From Eubacteriales bacterium (GTDB taxonomy: Bacteria; Bacillota; Clostridia; Oscillospirales; CAG-272), in NCBI GenBank assembly GCA_045645165.1, contig JAZRIF010000156.1, forward strand, positions 552 through 64,551: a stretch of DNA of 64,000 bases. Reading direction: 5' to 3'. The translations under genes and the position numbers were made by a program. Each line of letters opens with the position of its first letter. The stretch's first letter is position 1. Positions 10,035 through 19,250 of this stretch are shown piece by piece. Under the pieces are notes generated by a model that made no database searches, was not told the DNA's origin, and saw only the letters and a program-made list of their open reading frames with translations.

Positions 10035-10064
10035 GGGAGCTTCGCTTTGACGCAGCTCCCTTTT
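10035..10064 (+). terminator. Intrinsic terminator after deoB
   Basis: GGGAGCT (10035-10041) pairs with AGCTCCC (10054-10060), followed by TTTT. Confidence 0.7.
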
Positions 10065-10097
10065 CATATATGTGTGCTTGTATGCGTAGGAAATGTA

Positions 10098-10126
10098 TTG
10101 ACTTTTTCCTTGTTTTATGGTAGAAT
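10098..10126 (+). promoter_or_regulatory. Sigma-70-type promoter for the fnl operon
   Basis: TTGACT - 17 nt - TAGAAT. Confidence 0.6.
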
Positions 10127-10186
10127 CATATGAAAAAGAACAGGACGGCTGAACCGTTCGAAACAAGTAAACAAGAGGGGATCGCT

Positions 10187-11239
10187 ATGGCACTTTTTAC
10201 GGATAAAACGCTTTTGATCACGGGAGGAACGGGGAGCTTTGGCCGTGCCGTTCTGGATCGCGTGTTGACGGCGGAATTGCGGGAGATCCGCATTTTTTCC
10301 CGCGACGAGGAAAAGCAGCATGCGCTCCGCCATGAGTTGATGGCGAAGATGCCGCAGGTAGTCGGTAAGGTGAGATTTTACATCGGAGACGTCCGTGACG
10401 CCCATAGCTTGCAGTATGCCATGAATGGGGTGGATCTGGTATTCCACGCCGCCGCCCTCAAGCAAGTACCCTCCTGTGAGTTCTTCCCCATGGAAGCGGT
10501 CAAGACCAATATCCTGGGCACCGAAAACGTGTTGGATGCCGCTATCGCGGCGGGAGTCAGCCGCGTGATCTGCCTGTCTACCGATAAGGCCGCCTATCCC
10601 GTCAACGCCATGGGACTTTCCAAGGCTATGATGGAGAAGGTGGCCGTAGCCAAAGCCCGCACCATGGAGGCCGATGGAACGGTGATCTCCTGTACTCGCT
10701 ACGGCAACGTCCTCTGCTCCCGCGGGTCTGTGATCCCCTTGTGGATCCGTCAGCTGCGAGAGGGTCAGCCCATCACCGTGACCGACCCCTCCATGACCCG
10801 CTTCATCATGTCCTTGGACGAGGCCATCGATCTGGTCTTCTTTGCCTTCGAACATGGAAACAGCGGCGACATTCTTGTTCAGAAAGCCCCTGCCTGTACC
10901 ATCGAAACCCTGGCGCAGGCGACTCTGGAGCTGTTCGATACCACGGGGAACGGAAAGATTCAGACTATCGGTATTCGTCACGGCGAGAAGCTGTACGAAA
11001 CCCTGCTCACCAACGAGGAATGCGCCCGCGCCGAGGATTGCGGAGCCTTCTACCGCGTTCCCTGCGATCAGAGAGGCCTTCATTACGAGCAGTACTTTGA
11101 CCTTGGCAATACCGAGCGCAATCCCCTTGTGGAGTTTAATTCCCACAATACCCGCCTTTTGACCGTAGCCGAGGTCAAGGACAAGCTCTTGTCCCTCTCC
11201 TACATTCGGGAAGAGCTGGCGAAGGACGGGCGGTTATGA
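10187..11239 (+). CDS. fnlA: UDP-N-acetylglucosamine 4,6-dehydratase/5-epimerase (FnlA/CapE type)
   Basis: LLITGGTGSFG Rossmann motif at the N-terminus of an extended SDR about 350 aa long. I prefer the ATG at 10187, which follows AAGAGGGG. The gene is followed by CapF- and CapG-type genes. Confidence 0.8.
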   Translation: MALFTDKTLLITGGTGSFGRAVLDRVLTAELREIRIFSRDEEKQHALRHELMAKMPQVVGKVRFYIGDVRDAHSLQYAMNGVDLVFHAAALKQVPSCEFFPMEAVKTNILGTENVLDAAIAAGVSRVICLSTDKAAYPVNAMGLSKAMMEKVAVAKARTMEADGTVISCTRYGNVLCSRGSVIPLWIRQLREGQPITVTDPSMTRFIMSLDEAIDLVFFAFEHGNSGDILVQKAPACTIETLAQATLELFDTTGNGKIQTIGIRHGEKLYETLLTNEECARAEDCGAFYRVPCDQRGLHYEQYFDLGNTERNPLVEFNSHNTRLLTVAEVKDKLLSLSYIREELAKDGRL

Positions 11240-12381
11240 AAATTTTGATCACAGGTGCCCGGGGCTTTGTCGGTCGGAATCTGACCGCGGCTTTGGGGCG
11301 CACCCATGAAATTCTGCCGTACGACTTGCCATCCGACCCGACTATACTGGCTCATTACGCCGAGCAGACCGATTTTGTCATTCATCTGGCGGGGGTCAAC
11401 CGCGCGGATGATCCGCGGACTCTGTGGGACGGTAACGTCGGCTGTACCGAACGGTTGCTGATGACCCTGAAAGAGCAGGGAAACACCTGTCCCATCCTGT
11501 TCGCGTCTTCGGTTCAGGCGACGCTGGAGGGTCGATACGACAACCCCTACGGCCGGAGCAAGCGAGCCTGCGAGGAGCGGCTGTTTGCCTATTCCCGCGA
11601 AACGGGAGCAGAGGTGCTGATCTACCGCTTTCCCAACCTGTTCGGCAAGTGGTGCCGCCCCCACTACAACTCAGTCGTGGCGACCTTTTGCCATAATCTG
11701 ACCCGTGATCTGCCCATCGAGATACACCGTCCTAATGAAATGCTGGAGCTGGTCTATATCGACGATCTGATTGCCGAAATACAGAACGCTCTGGCGGGGA
11801 ATCCCCACCGAGAAGGGGAAGGATCTCCCTTCTGCTCGGTTTCCGTAACCCACTCCGCAACGGTGGGGGAGATCGCGTGTTTGTTGGAATCCTTCCGCGA
11901 CCGAGGGAGAACGCCCGCTGTTTCGGCTATGCCCGACGACAGCTTGGAAAAGAAGCTCTATGCCACCTACCTCTCCTACCTACCCGTTGATCAGGCCGTA
12001 CGCCCGCTGGATAGGCATAAAGATGCTCGCGGCTCGTTTACCGAGCTCATCCGCACGGATCTTTGCGGGCAAGTTTCGGTCAATACCATAAAGCCCGGTG
12101 TCACCAAGGGACAGCATTGGCACATGACCAAGCACGAGATCTTTACGGTGGTGGCGGGTGAGGGACTCATCCGTATGCGGCGGGTGGATGGCGACGAGGT
12201 GCTGGAATTCCCCGTTACGGGGGAGAAGCCCGAAGCCGTTCGCATTCTGCCCGGTTACGTCCACAGCATTACCAATCTGTCGGAAACGGCGGATCTTGTC
12301 ACGGTTATCTGGGCGAGTGAATGCTACGACCCCGCAAGGCCCGATACCTATCCCGAGGAGGTGGAACCCCATGAATCTTGA
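11236..12381 (+). CDS. fnlB: CapF/FnlB-type bifunctional reductase/epimerase (N-terminal SDR plus C-terminal cupin)
   Basis: ILITGARGFVGRNL Rossmann motif, with a C-terminal cupin-like GQHWH...F.VV.GEG. ATGA start/stop overlap with fnlA. Confidence 0.75.
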   Translation: MKILITGARGFVGRNLTAALGRTHEILPYDLPSDPTILAHYAEQTDFVIHLAGVNRADDPRTLWDGNVGCTERLLMTLKEQGNTCPILFASSVQATLEGRYDNPYGRSKRACEERLFAYSRETGAEVLIYRFPNLFGKWCRPHYNSVVATFCHNLTRDLPIEIHRPNEMLELVYIDDLIAEIQNALAGNPHREGEGSPFCSVSVTHSATVGEIACLLESFRDRGRTPAVSAMPDDSLEKKLYATYLSYLPVDQAVRPLDRHKDARGSFTELIRTDLCGQVSVNTIKPGVTKGQHWHMTKHEIFTVVAGEGLIRMRRVDGDEVLEFPVTGEKPEAVRILPGYVHSITNLSETADLVTVIWASECYDPARPDTYPEEVEPHES

Positions 12382-13549
12382 TTTCAGCAACGTGAAATTC
12401 CGTGATAACGGCAAACTCAAATTACTCATCATGGTGGGCACCCGACCCGAGATCATCCGCCTGTCTGCCGTGATCGGGAAGTGCCGCCGCTATTTCGACT
12501 GTCTCCTGGCTCATACGGGACAGAACTATGACTATACCCTCAGCGGAATTTTCTTCCGCGATCTGGGGGTGGATGCGCCCGATGTCTATCTTGACGCCGC
12601 AGGAGCGGATGTGGGTGAGACGGTGGGAAATATCATAAACGCCTCCTACAAGCTTATGGCGGCCATCCGTCCCGATGCGCTCCTGATTCTGGGCGACACC
12701 AACTCCTGCTTGTCTGCGATTTCCGCGAAGCGCCTGCATATTCCCATTTTCCACATGGAAGCCGGGAACCGTTGCATGGACGAATGTCTCCCCGAGGAGA
12801 CCAACCGCCGCATGGTTGATGTCATTTCAGACGTAAATTTGGCCTACTCCGAGCACGCTCGCCGCAATCTCCTTGCCTGCGGTCTTCCTTCCGAGCGCAC
12901 CTTCGTGACGGGCTCTCCCATGGCCGAGGTGCTTCGCGCCAACCTCGCGGCTATAGAAAACAGTGATATTCTCACCCGTTTGGGCTTGCCTTCCAAAGGA
13001 TATATACTCCTTTCCGCTCACCGCGAGGAAAACATCGACGATGAGGCGAATTTCAACGCTCTCTTTACCGCCATCAATCGTCTGGCCGAGCGGTACGGTA
13101 TACCCATCCTCTACCCCTGCCATCCCCGCGCCCGTAAGCGCCTGGAGGCGTCGGGCTTTGCTCTTGACCCCCGCGTGATGCTTCACGAGCCCTTGGGCTT
13201 TTTCGATTACAACCATCTCCAGATGAACGCATTCTGCGTGGTCTCCGACAGCGGAACCCTTCCCGAGGAGGCAAGCTTTTATACCTCCATCGGCAGACCC
13301 TACCCCGCTGTGTCCATCCGCACCTCCACCGAGCGTCCCGAGGCCATGGAGAAAGCCTGCTTTACCCTGGCGGGGATCCGCGAGGACAGTCTTCTGCAAG
13401 CGGTGGAAACCGCCGTGTCCTTGATTCAAAACGGTGACTGGGGCACCCCCGTCCCCGCCTATACCGACGAGGACGTATCCACCAAAATCGTCCGGATGAT
13501 CCAGTCCTACACCGCAGTCGTCAACCGTAACGTTTGGCGGAAATTCTGA
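12371..13549 (+). CDS. fnlC: UDP-N-acetylglucosamine 2-epimerase, non-hydrolysing (FnlC/CapG type)
   Basis: LLIMVGTRPEIIRLS N-terminal motif. The ATG at 12371 overlaps the fnlB end by 11 nt. The listed ORF start at 12158 lies inside fnlB. Confidence 0.85.
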   Translation: MNLDFSNVKFRDNGKLKLLIMVGTRPEIIRLSAVIGKCRRYFDCLLAHTGQNYDYTLSGIFFRDLGVDAPDVYLDAAGADVGETVGNIINASYKLMAAIRPDALLILGDTNSCLSAISAKRLHIPIFHMEAGNRCMDECLPEETNRRMVDVISDVNLAYSEHARRNLLACGLPSERTFVTGSPMAEVLRANLAAIENSDILTRLGLPSKGYILLSAHREENIDDEANFNALFTAINRLAERYGIPILYPCHPRARKRLEASGFALDPRVMLHEPLGFFDYNHLQMNAFCVVSDSGTLPEEASFYTSIGRPYPAVSIRTSTERPEAMEKACFTLAGIREDSLLQAVETAVSLIQNGDWGTPVPAYTDEDVSTKIVRMIQSYTAVVNRNVWRKF

Positions 13550-13560
13550 ACTCAAGAAAT

Positions 13561-14556
13561 ATGAAACCTGTATACGTACCAAATTATTACGCATCGTTCA
13601 AATGTATTGCCGACGCCTGCCGTCACTCCTGCTGTGTCGGTTGGGAGATCGACGTGGACGCCGATGCCCTTGCCCGCTTTGACACCGTGGAGGGAAGCAT
13701 GGGTGAGCGTCTGCGGCGTAGCATCGACCGAGAGGCCGACCCGCCCTGCTTCATCCTCACCCACGACGAGCGGTGCCCTTTTCTCAATGAAAAAGGCCTC
13801 TGCGACCTCATCACCGAGTTGAGCGAGGACTCCCTCTGCCACATCTGCGCCGACCATCCCCGCTTTCGCAATATCCTCCCCGACCGTGTGGAACTGGGAC
13901 TGGGGCTCTGCTGTGAGGCCGCCGCCGCATTGATTCTGGGGCAAACCGAGCCCTTTGCGGTGGTTGAGCTTTCCCCCGATGTGGCCGTTCGCGATCGTTA
14001 TGCTCATGAGGAGACTCGGGAGCTTGACGAAACGACCGCAGACCTTTTGGAGCGACGTGACCGTCTCCTCCCCATCCTCCAAGACCGTTCCATGCCTCTG
14101 TCCGACAGAATTCGTCGCGTTTTTTACCACAGCGACATAAACCTATGCGAGAGTGCCACGGACGCCTTCAAGAGCTTTCCGAACATCGCCGCCATCCTGC
14201 GGGATATGGAGCGGCTGGATCCCGCGTGGGATACCTGCCTCAACGCGTTGGAACGGTTGGATGGTGATCCGCTCTGCGAGCTGAACGGGGAGACCGACGT
14301 GGCCTACGAGAATCTGGTCTGCTATTTCCTCTACCGCTACATGACCGCCGACGCCACCTATTGGCCCGACGCGCGCCGTACCCGTACCGCCTTTGCCGCG
14401 CTCTGTACGGCCATCATCCACGCCATCCACCGCGCCACGGGCGGGAATGATTTGGATTCTCTCTGCGAGATCGCCCGTATGTTCTCCTCCGAGATCGAAT
14501 ATTCCGAGGAGAACCTGGAACGGCTGATGGGGGAAGTTGAGGATGCGGTATTCTGA
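13561..14556 (+). CDS. FliB-like (flagellin lysine-N-methylase family) Cys-rich protein
   Basis: N-terminal F.C...C...CC.GW.I..D signature (FKCIADACRHSCCVGWEIDVD), which I recall as the hallmark of the FliB family. The start is 12 nt after the fnlC stop. Confidence 0.55.
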   Translation: MKPVYVPNYYASFKCIADACRHSCCVGWEIDVDADALARFDTVEGSMGERLRRSIDREADPPCFILTHDERCPFLNEKGLCDLITELSEDSLCHICADHPRFRNILPDRVELGLGLCCEAAAALILGQTEPFAVVELSPDVAVRDRYAHEETRELDETTADLLERRDRLLPILQDRSMPLSDRIRRVFYHSDINLCESATDAFKSFPNIAAILRDMERLDPAWDTCLNALERLDGDPLCELNGETDVAYENLVCYFLYRYMTADATYWPDARRTRTAFAALCTAIIHAIHRATGGNDLDSLCEIARMFSSEIEYSEENLERLMGEVEDAVF

Positions 14557-14587
14557 CAGAAAATTACTGAGTCAAGGAGAATGACCT

Positions 14588-15394
14588 ATGGATATGGTTT
14601 TACTCACCGCTCTCGGTGTGGGTGGCGCGACGGTATTCGGCGCCGCCATCGGCTTTATTTTCAAGAAAGCCTCCCACCGTTTTTCGGATATTGTTCTGGC
14701 CTTTGCCGCGGGGGTTATGCTGGCGGCTGCGGTACTGGGTCTGATTATCCCCTCGGTAGACTATGGCTTTGCCATGTTCGCCCCCGCCCCCGAGGAGAGC
14801 GCATCCCCTGTGATCGCCAAGCTCATCGCCCTTGGCATGACGGTCGCGGGCATCTTTGTGGGGGCCCTGTGCCTCAATCTGGTGGATCGCCTGGTGCCCC
14901 ATCTGCATAAAATGGCCGACGTGGATCAGGAATCCCACCCCAACAACCGCAACGCGGGCAAGGTTCTCCTGTTCGTCATGGCCATCGCCATCCATAACCT
15001 CCCCGAGGGTATCGCCGCAGGCGTGGGCTTCGGATCGGGCAACACCGCCGAGGCGCTACTGATCGCGGGCGGTATCGCCCTCCAGAACATCCCCGAGGGC
15101 ATGGTCATCATTGGCCCCATGCTGGCCGCGGGCATCAAGCCCGGCAAGACCTTCGCGATTGCCCTGGGAACGGGACTGGTGGAGGTAGTGGGCACCCTCA
15201 TCGGCTACTTTGCCGTTACTGTCTCCGCCGCCATTCTGCCCTTTGCCCTGGCCTTTGCGGGCGGTACCATGCTCTACATCATCAGCGACGAAATGATCCC
15301 CGAGACCCACGCCCACGGCTGTGAGCGGGGCGCAACCTACGCCCTCCTGGTGGGATTCTGTGTGATGCTGGTGTCGGACATTCTGCTCGGATGA
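14588..15394 (+). CDS. ZIP-family divalent metal transporter (ZupT-like)
   Basis: Multi-TM protein with HNLPEGIA and QNIPEGM motifs. AAGGAG RBS. Confidence 0.85.
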   Translation: MDMVLLTALGVGGATVFGAAIGFIFKKASHRFSDIVLAFAAGVMLAAAVLGLIIPSVDYGFAMFAPAPEESASPVIAKLIALGMTVAGIFVGALCLNLVDRLVPHLHKMADVDQESHPNNRNAGKVLLFVMAIAIHNLPEGIAAGVGFGSGNTAEALLIAGGIALQNIPEGMVIIGPMLAAGIKPGKTFAIALGTGLVEVVGTLIGYFAVTVSAAILPFALAFAGGTMLYIISDEMIPETHAHGCERGATYALLVGFCVMLVSDILLG

Positions 15395-15412
15395 CAGTGC
15401 GATATAACGAAA

Positions 15413-15444
15413 GAAAACCTCTACTGCCGTAGAGGTTTTCTTTT
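15413..15444 (+). terminator. Intrinsic terminator after the ZIP gene
   Basis: GAAAACCTCTAC / GTAGAGGTTTTC 12-bp stem with a TGCC loop, followed by TTTT. Confidence 0.85.
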
Positions 15445-15476
15445 GGTTTGGGCGATTCAAATTTGGGTTTATCGAG

Positions 15477-15625
15477 GGGGCTTTGCCCCTGCACCCCACC
15501 AAAGAACTTTTTGAAAAAAGTTCTTTGGAATCTCAAAAACTTTCAAAAAGAATTATTAAATTATATTTTTTGAAAGTTCTTGAAAAGGGGTCTGGGGAAA
15601 AACTTCTTTCAAGAAGTTTTTCCCC
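15477..15625. repeat. Composite multi-hairpin intergenic element (four consecutive palindromes)
   Basis: Four palindromes in series: GGGGC-TTT-GCCCC (15477-15489); CCAAAGAACTTTTT/AAAAAGTTCTTTGG (15499-15528); AACTTTCAAAAA...TTTTTGAAAGTT (15537-15578); GGGGAAAAACTTCTT/AAGAAGTTTTTCCCC (15594-15625). Confidence 0.7.
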
Positions 15626-15668
15626 AGGCGCCCTCTCGCTCCCCTACAAACTGCAATTCATCACTCCA

Positions 15669-16430
15669 TCAAAATTCCATCAACCGCCCATCCGTCGTCA
15701 CGGTCACCACCCGCCAGGGCAGGAACTTTCCGCTGGCCTGGATCGCACGCTTGGCCGCGTTTTCGATGCCGCCGCAGCAGGGAACCTCCATCCGTACGAT
15801 GGTTATGCTCTTGATGTTGTTGTTTTGAATGATGGCGGTCAGCTTGTCGGCGTAATCCCCCTCGTCCAGCTTGGGACAACCGATGAGAGTCACGCGGCCC
15901 TTGATGAACTCCTCGTGGAAATTGCCGTAGGCATAGGCCGTGCAGTCGGCGGCAATGAGCAGGTTGGCACCGTCAAAGTAGGGCGCGTTCACGGGTACCA
16001 GCTTGATCTGCACGGGCCACTGGGACAGACGGCTGGTCACGGGTGCCGAGGACACCGAGCAAGCCGATTCGTCCCGCGCGATGCGTTTGGAGTTGGTGCT
16101 GGGACAACCGCAGGGAAGCTTTGCGCCGCCGCCGACCCCGTGGGCAGGCATAGCAGGAGCGGTGGGACGGGCGAGAGGCTTACTCTGCGCCTTCTGCGCC
16201 TTGGCGGCCAGTACAGCCGCTTCGTCGTAGGCGGGAGCCTCACGCTCCTCAAAGGTGATCGCCCCCGTGGGGCAAGCGGGCAAACAGTCGCCCAGCCCGT
16301 CGCAGTAATCCTCACGGGTCAGCACGGCCTTGCCCTCTACCATTTCAATGGCCCCCTCGTGGCAGGCGGCGGCACAGGCTCCGCAACCGTTGCACAGGTC
16401 TCTGTTGATGTGTATGATCTTGCGCTTCAT
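15669..16430 (-). CDS. 4Fe-4S dicluster ferredoxin-domain protein with a Cys-containing C-terminal extension
   Basis: CNGCGACAAAC and CDGLGDCLPACP cluster motifs. I prefer the ATG at 16430, which follows GGAGG. The TTG at 16445 overlaps that RBS. Confidence 0.75.
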   Translation of the reverse strand: MKRKIIHINRDLCNGCGACAAACHEGAIEMVEGKAVLTREDYCDGLGDCLPACPTGAITFEEREAPAYDEAAVLAAKAQKAQSKPLARPTAPAMPAHGVGGGAKLPCGCPSTNSKRIARDESACSVSSAPVTSRLSQWPVQIKLVPVNAPYFDGANLLIAADCTAYAYGNFHEEFIKGRVTLIGCPKLDEGDYADKLTAIIQNNNIKSITIVRMEVPCCGGIENAAKRAIQASGKFLPWRVVTVTTDGRLMEF

Positions 16431-16459
16431 ATATTTTTCCTCCAAAATTGAAATTGTTC

Positions 16460-16488
16460 TTGACTTTGTGGCTCCATTATACTATAAT
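16460..16488 (+). promoter_or_regulatory. Strong sigma-70-type promoter for the Crp/Fnr gene
   Basis: TTGACT (16460-16465) - 17 nt - TATAAT (16483-16488). Confidence 0.7.
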
Positions 16489-16502
16489 AAAAGCAGAAAG
16501 TC

Positions 16503-16518
16503 TGTTGAATTTTCAACA
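16503..16518. promoter_or_regulatory. Perfect 16-bp palindrome TGTTGAATTTTCAACA; candidate Crp/Fnr-family operator
   Basis: The TGTTG-N6-CAACA architecture has the same geometry as CRP/FNR boxes. It lies about 15 nt downstream of the -10 box and 14 nt upstream of the regulator's start codon. Confidence 0.55.
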
Positions 16519-16531
16519 AAACGGAGTTTTT

Positions 16532-17191
16532 ATGAAAAAATATTTGCCCATTCTCCAAAAATCTCCCCTGTTTGCCGCCATTGACCCCGAACAGCTTCTG
16601 TCCCTTTTGACTTGTCTCGGCGGAACTGTCAAAAGCTACGCCCGAGGAGAAACCGTGTTCCGCGAGGGCGACTGCCCCACCCATCTGGGTGTTGTCCTGA
16701 CGGGGGAGGTACACATCACCCGCACCGATTATTACGGAAACCGCAGTATCGTCGCTACCGTTACCGCGCCCCGTTTGTTCGGTGAGACCTTCGCCTGCGC
16801 CGAGGTGGACGCCCTCCCCGTAGATGTGATCGCTTCGGAAAACACCGAGATCCTCATGATCGACATTCACCGCATCACCATGCCCTGTTGTAACGCTTGC
16901 TCCTTCCATCACAGGATCATTTTCAATCTCATGAAGCAGACCGCCGCCAAAAATCTTCTGTTCCACCGCAAGCTGGAGATACTGGCCGGGCGCACCACAC
17001 GGGATAAACTGATGACCTACCTTCTCATGGAGGCCAAGGAGCAGGGAAGCAATACCCTCACCATCCCCTACGACCGCCAGGAGCTGGCGGATTACCTGGA
17101 GGTAGACCGCAGCGGCCTCTCCGCCGAGATCGGCAAGCTCCGACGGGAAGGGGTGCTTACGGCAGAGAAAAACCGGTTTGTGTTGCTCTGA
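16532..17191 (+). CDS. Crp/Fnr-family transcriptional regulator
   Basis: N-terminal cNMP-binding-like beta-roll (LFAAIDPEQL...GETVFREGD) and a C-terminal HTH (RQELADYLEVDRSGLSAEIGKLRREG). I prefer the ATG at 16532 to the TTG at 16448. Confidence 0.85.
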   Translation: MKKYLPILQKSPLFAAIDPEQLLSLLTCLGGTVKSYARGETVFREGDCPTHLGVVLTGEVHITRTDYYGNRSIVATVTAPRLFGETFACAEVDALPVDVIASENTEILMIDIHRITMPCCNACSFHHRIIFNLMKQTAAKNLLFHRKLEILAGRTTRDKLMTYLLMEAKEQGSNTLTIPYDRQELADYLEVDRSGLSAEIGKLRREGVLTAEKNRFVLL

Positions 17192-17285
17192 ACGAATTTT
17201 TTTCGTTCGCTTTCGTCGAAATCCCTTTACATGAATCCGGAATTATGCTATAATGAAGGTGGAAAACATGTAGAAAGGCATTCTT

Positions 17286-18434
17286 ATGAACATTACACCC
17301 TTTTACCGTCGGTACAGCGCGGTGCGATTGCTCATTGCGCCCTACCGCATGAAGACTGATTTTGAAACCGTCAAGACCGTTGCCATCATCGATGAGCTCA
17401 TCAACCGTGCCGAGACAGTTAACTCCGGCGCTTACGCGGGCGGCCGCTTTGGCGGCGCCGTGGGGCACACCGTGGAGAATCTCATGGGGCGCGCTGAGAA
17501 GTACGCTCACGCTCTTGCGCGGGGGGAGTACCCCCTCAAGGGGATGTTCACCGAGCCGGGTATGTCCCTCATTGACCATACCTTCGTGGAGAAGGACGGG
17601 AAAATGCACCTGTTCTACAACCGCGGCTACATCGGCTTTGAGTGGGACGGCCGCTTCGTGGATACCGTTGGACATGCTGTGACTGAGGATCTCATCCATT
17701 GGGATATCTATCCGCCCTGCCTCACCGCCGATGCGGGCGCACCCGATGACTACCAAATGTGGTCGCCCGGTGTGACCGAGCGAGACGGACGATACTACAT
17801 GTACTATACGGGCGTCAATATCCATATCGCCCAAACCATCTGCATGGCCACCTCCGACGATCTGTACACCTGGAAAAAACATCCCCGAAATCCCGTGGTT
17901 TTGCCCGGAGACTGGACGGAGTGGAGAGAAGACCGCTGGTCGGATTGCCGCGACTCCATGGTATTTGTGGATGACGACGGCACCGCCTACATGTACTACT
18001 GCACCTCCCGCAAAAAGCCCGATGGCGGGTTTGAAACAGCCTTAGGTATCGCATCCTCCACCGACATGGTGAACTGGCAGGATCGCGGAGCCTACCACTT
18101 TGACATCTGCGACATTACCCTGGAATCTCCCTTCGTCCTGAAACGGGACGGTCGCTACTATCTGTTCTACACCAACTGCGGCTACGGAACGGCTTACGCC
18201 GTATCCGACAACCCCGTGGACGGCTGGCAGAGTCTGGGTATGCTTCTGGAAAAGAAGGGAGACCCGCCGGCCTGCCCCGCCAATGTCCCCTCCTGCGCCG
18301 AGGTCTTCTCCTTCAAGGGGAATTGGTACATTTCCTGTGCTCAGCGTGAGCCCGGATGCGAGCAATACCTGGAGATCTTCAAGCTGACTTGGAATCACGA
18401 CGGTACCGTTACCGTCGGAGACCGATTGGAATAA
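17286..18434 (+). CDS. Five-bladed beta-propeller glycoside-hydrolase-like protein (GH32/43/68 superfamily), with no signal peptide
   Basis: Repeated W..H/Y..NPV and DGxYYMYYT/DGRYYLFYT blade motifs, plus a CRDSMVF (RDP-like) motif. The exact family is not assignable by eye. Confidence 0.55.
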   Translation: MNITPFYRRYSAVRLLIAPYRMKTDFETVKTVAIIDELINRAETVNSGAYAGGRFGGAVGHTVENLMGRAEKYAHALARGEYPLKGMFTEPGMSLIDHTFVEKDGKMHLFYNRGYIGFEWDGRFVDTVGHAVTEDLIHWDIYPPCLTADAGAPDDYQMWSPGVTERDGRYYMYYTGVNIHIAQTICMATSDDLYTWKKHPRNPVVLPGDWTEWREDRWSDCRDSMVFVDDDGTAYMYYCTSRKKPDGGFETALGIASSTDMVNWQDRGAYHFDICDITLESPFVLKRDGRYYLFYTNCGYGTAYAVSDNPVDGWQSLGMLLEKKGDPPACPANVPSCAEVFSFKGNWYISCAQREPGCEQYLEIFKLTWNHDGTVTVGDRLE

Positions 18435-18473
18435 GAAAAATTCGGAATCACATAAACTGAAAGGAGTCACCCC

Positions 18474-19232
18474 ATGAAAGATACCGCTGTACTCGCCCGC
18501 TGCAATCTCTTTGCCGTTTTGGGCGCTATCCCCCATTTGCTCAAACTCGATCCCGAGGCCGCCGCGCTGGTGGCAGGGAAGAACATCAAGGTCGGCTTTT
18601 CGGTCAAGAACGGACCCAAGGCTACCCTCATTTTCAAGGACGGTGAGGCCGAGATGGTCAAGGGCACAGCCGGCTGCTCCATCAAACTCTGGTTCCCCTC
18701 AGGCGAAAAGTTCAACGCCATGATCGACGGCAAGGGAAGTCCTGTTCCCGTCAGCGGGTTCCATCATATCGGATTTCTTTTGGGCGCGTTCACCAAACTG
18801 ACGGATCTTCTTTCCGCCTACCTGCGCCCCGAACCCGAAAAGCTGGCGGATCCTGTTTTCTTTGAGCGCTCCACCACCCTCATGCTCTACGTCATCGGCC
18901 GCGCCATCGTGCAGATCGGCAATCACGACAAGGTGGGTCAGTTCTCGGCCTCCAACATCACCGACGGCAAGATCAAGCTTGGTATCGGGGATGATCTCTC
19001 GGTTGCCATCCACTGCAAAGATCACCACCTTATGTTTAACCATACCCCCAATGACAAAGGTGTGACCTCCCGGATGGTGTTCGACAGCCTCACCACAGCC
19101 CGCGACCTGTTTGACGGCCGTATCAACGCCATTGCCGCCGTAGGTATGGGACAAGTCCGCATCAGCGGTATGATCTCCCAGGTAGATAACGTCAACCGCA
19201 TCCTCGACCGCGTTGCCATCTATCTGGCGTAA
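18474..19232 (+). CDS. Protein with two SCP2-like (sterol-carrier/lipid-binding) modules
   Basis: There are two copies of an SCP2-type C-terminal pattern: FNAMIDGKGSPVPVSG... and DLFDGRINAIAAVGMGQVRISGMISQV... GAAAGGAG RBS. Confidence 0.45.
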   Translation: MKDTAVLARCNLFAVLGAIPHLLKLDPEAAALVAGKNIKVGFSVKNGPKATLIFKDGEAEMVKGTAGCSIKLWFPSGEKFNAMIDGKGSPVPVSGFHHIGFLLGAFTKLTDLLSAYLRPEPEKLADPVFFERSTTLMLYVIGRAIVQIGNHDKVGQFSASNITDGKIKLGIGDDLSVAIHCKDHHLMFNHTPNDKGVTSRMVFDSLTTARDLFDGRINAIAAVGMGQVRISGMISQVDNVNRILDRVAIYLA

Positions 19233-19250
19233 GTAAAGGAGGAAATCAGT

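Noticed and set aside
12158-12370. N-terminal extensions offered by the ORF track. Examples are 12158 for fnlC, 8176 for the small protein, 47639 for the SBP, 51610 for the surface GH, 20946 for sfsA, 23294 for purC and 16448 for crp.
   Set aside because: The extensions overlap the preceding gene or lack an RBS. Internal ATG codons are preceded by GGAGG-like sites and reproduce the canonical family N-termini or signal peptides.
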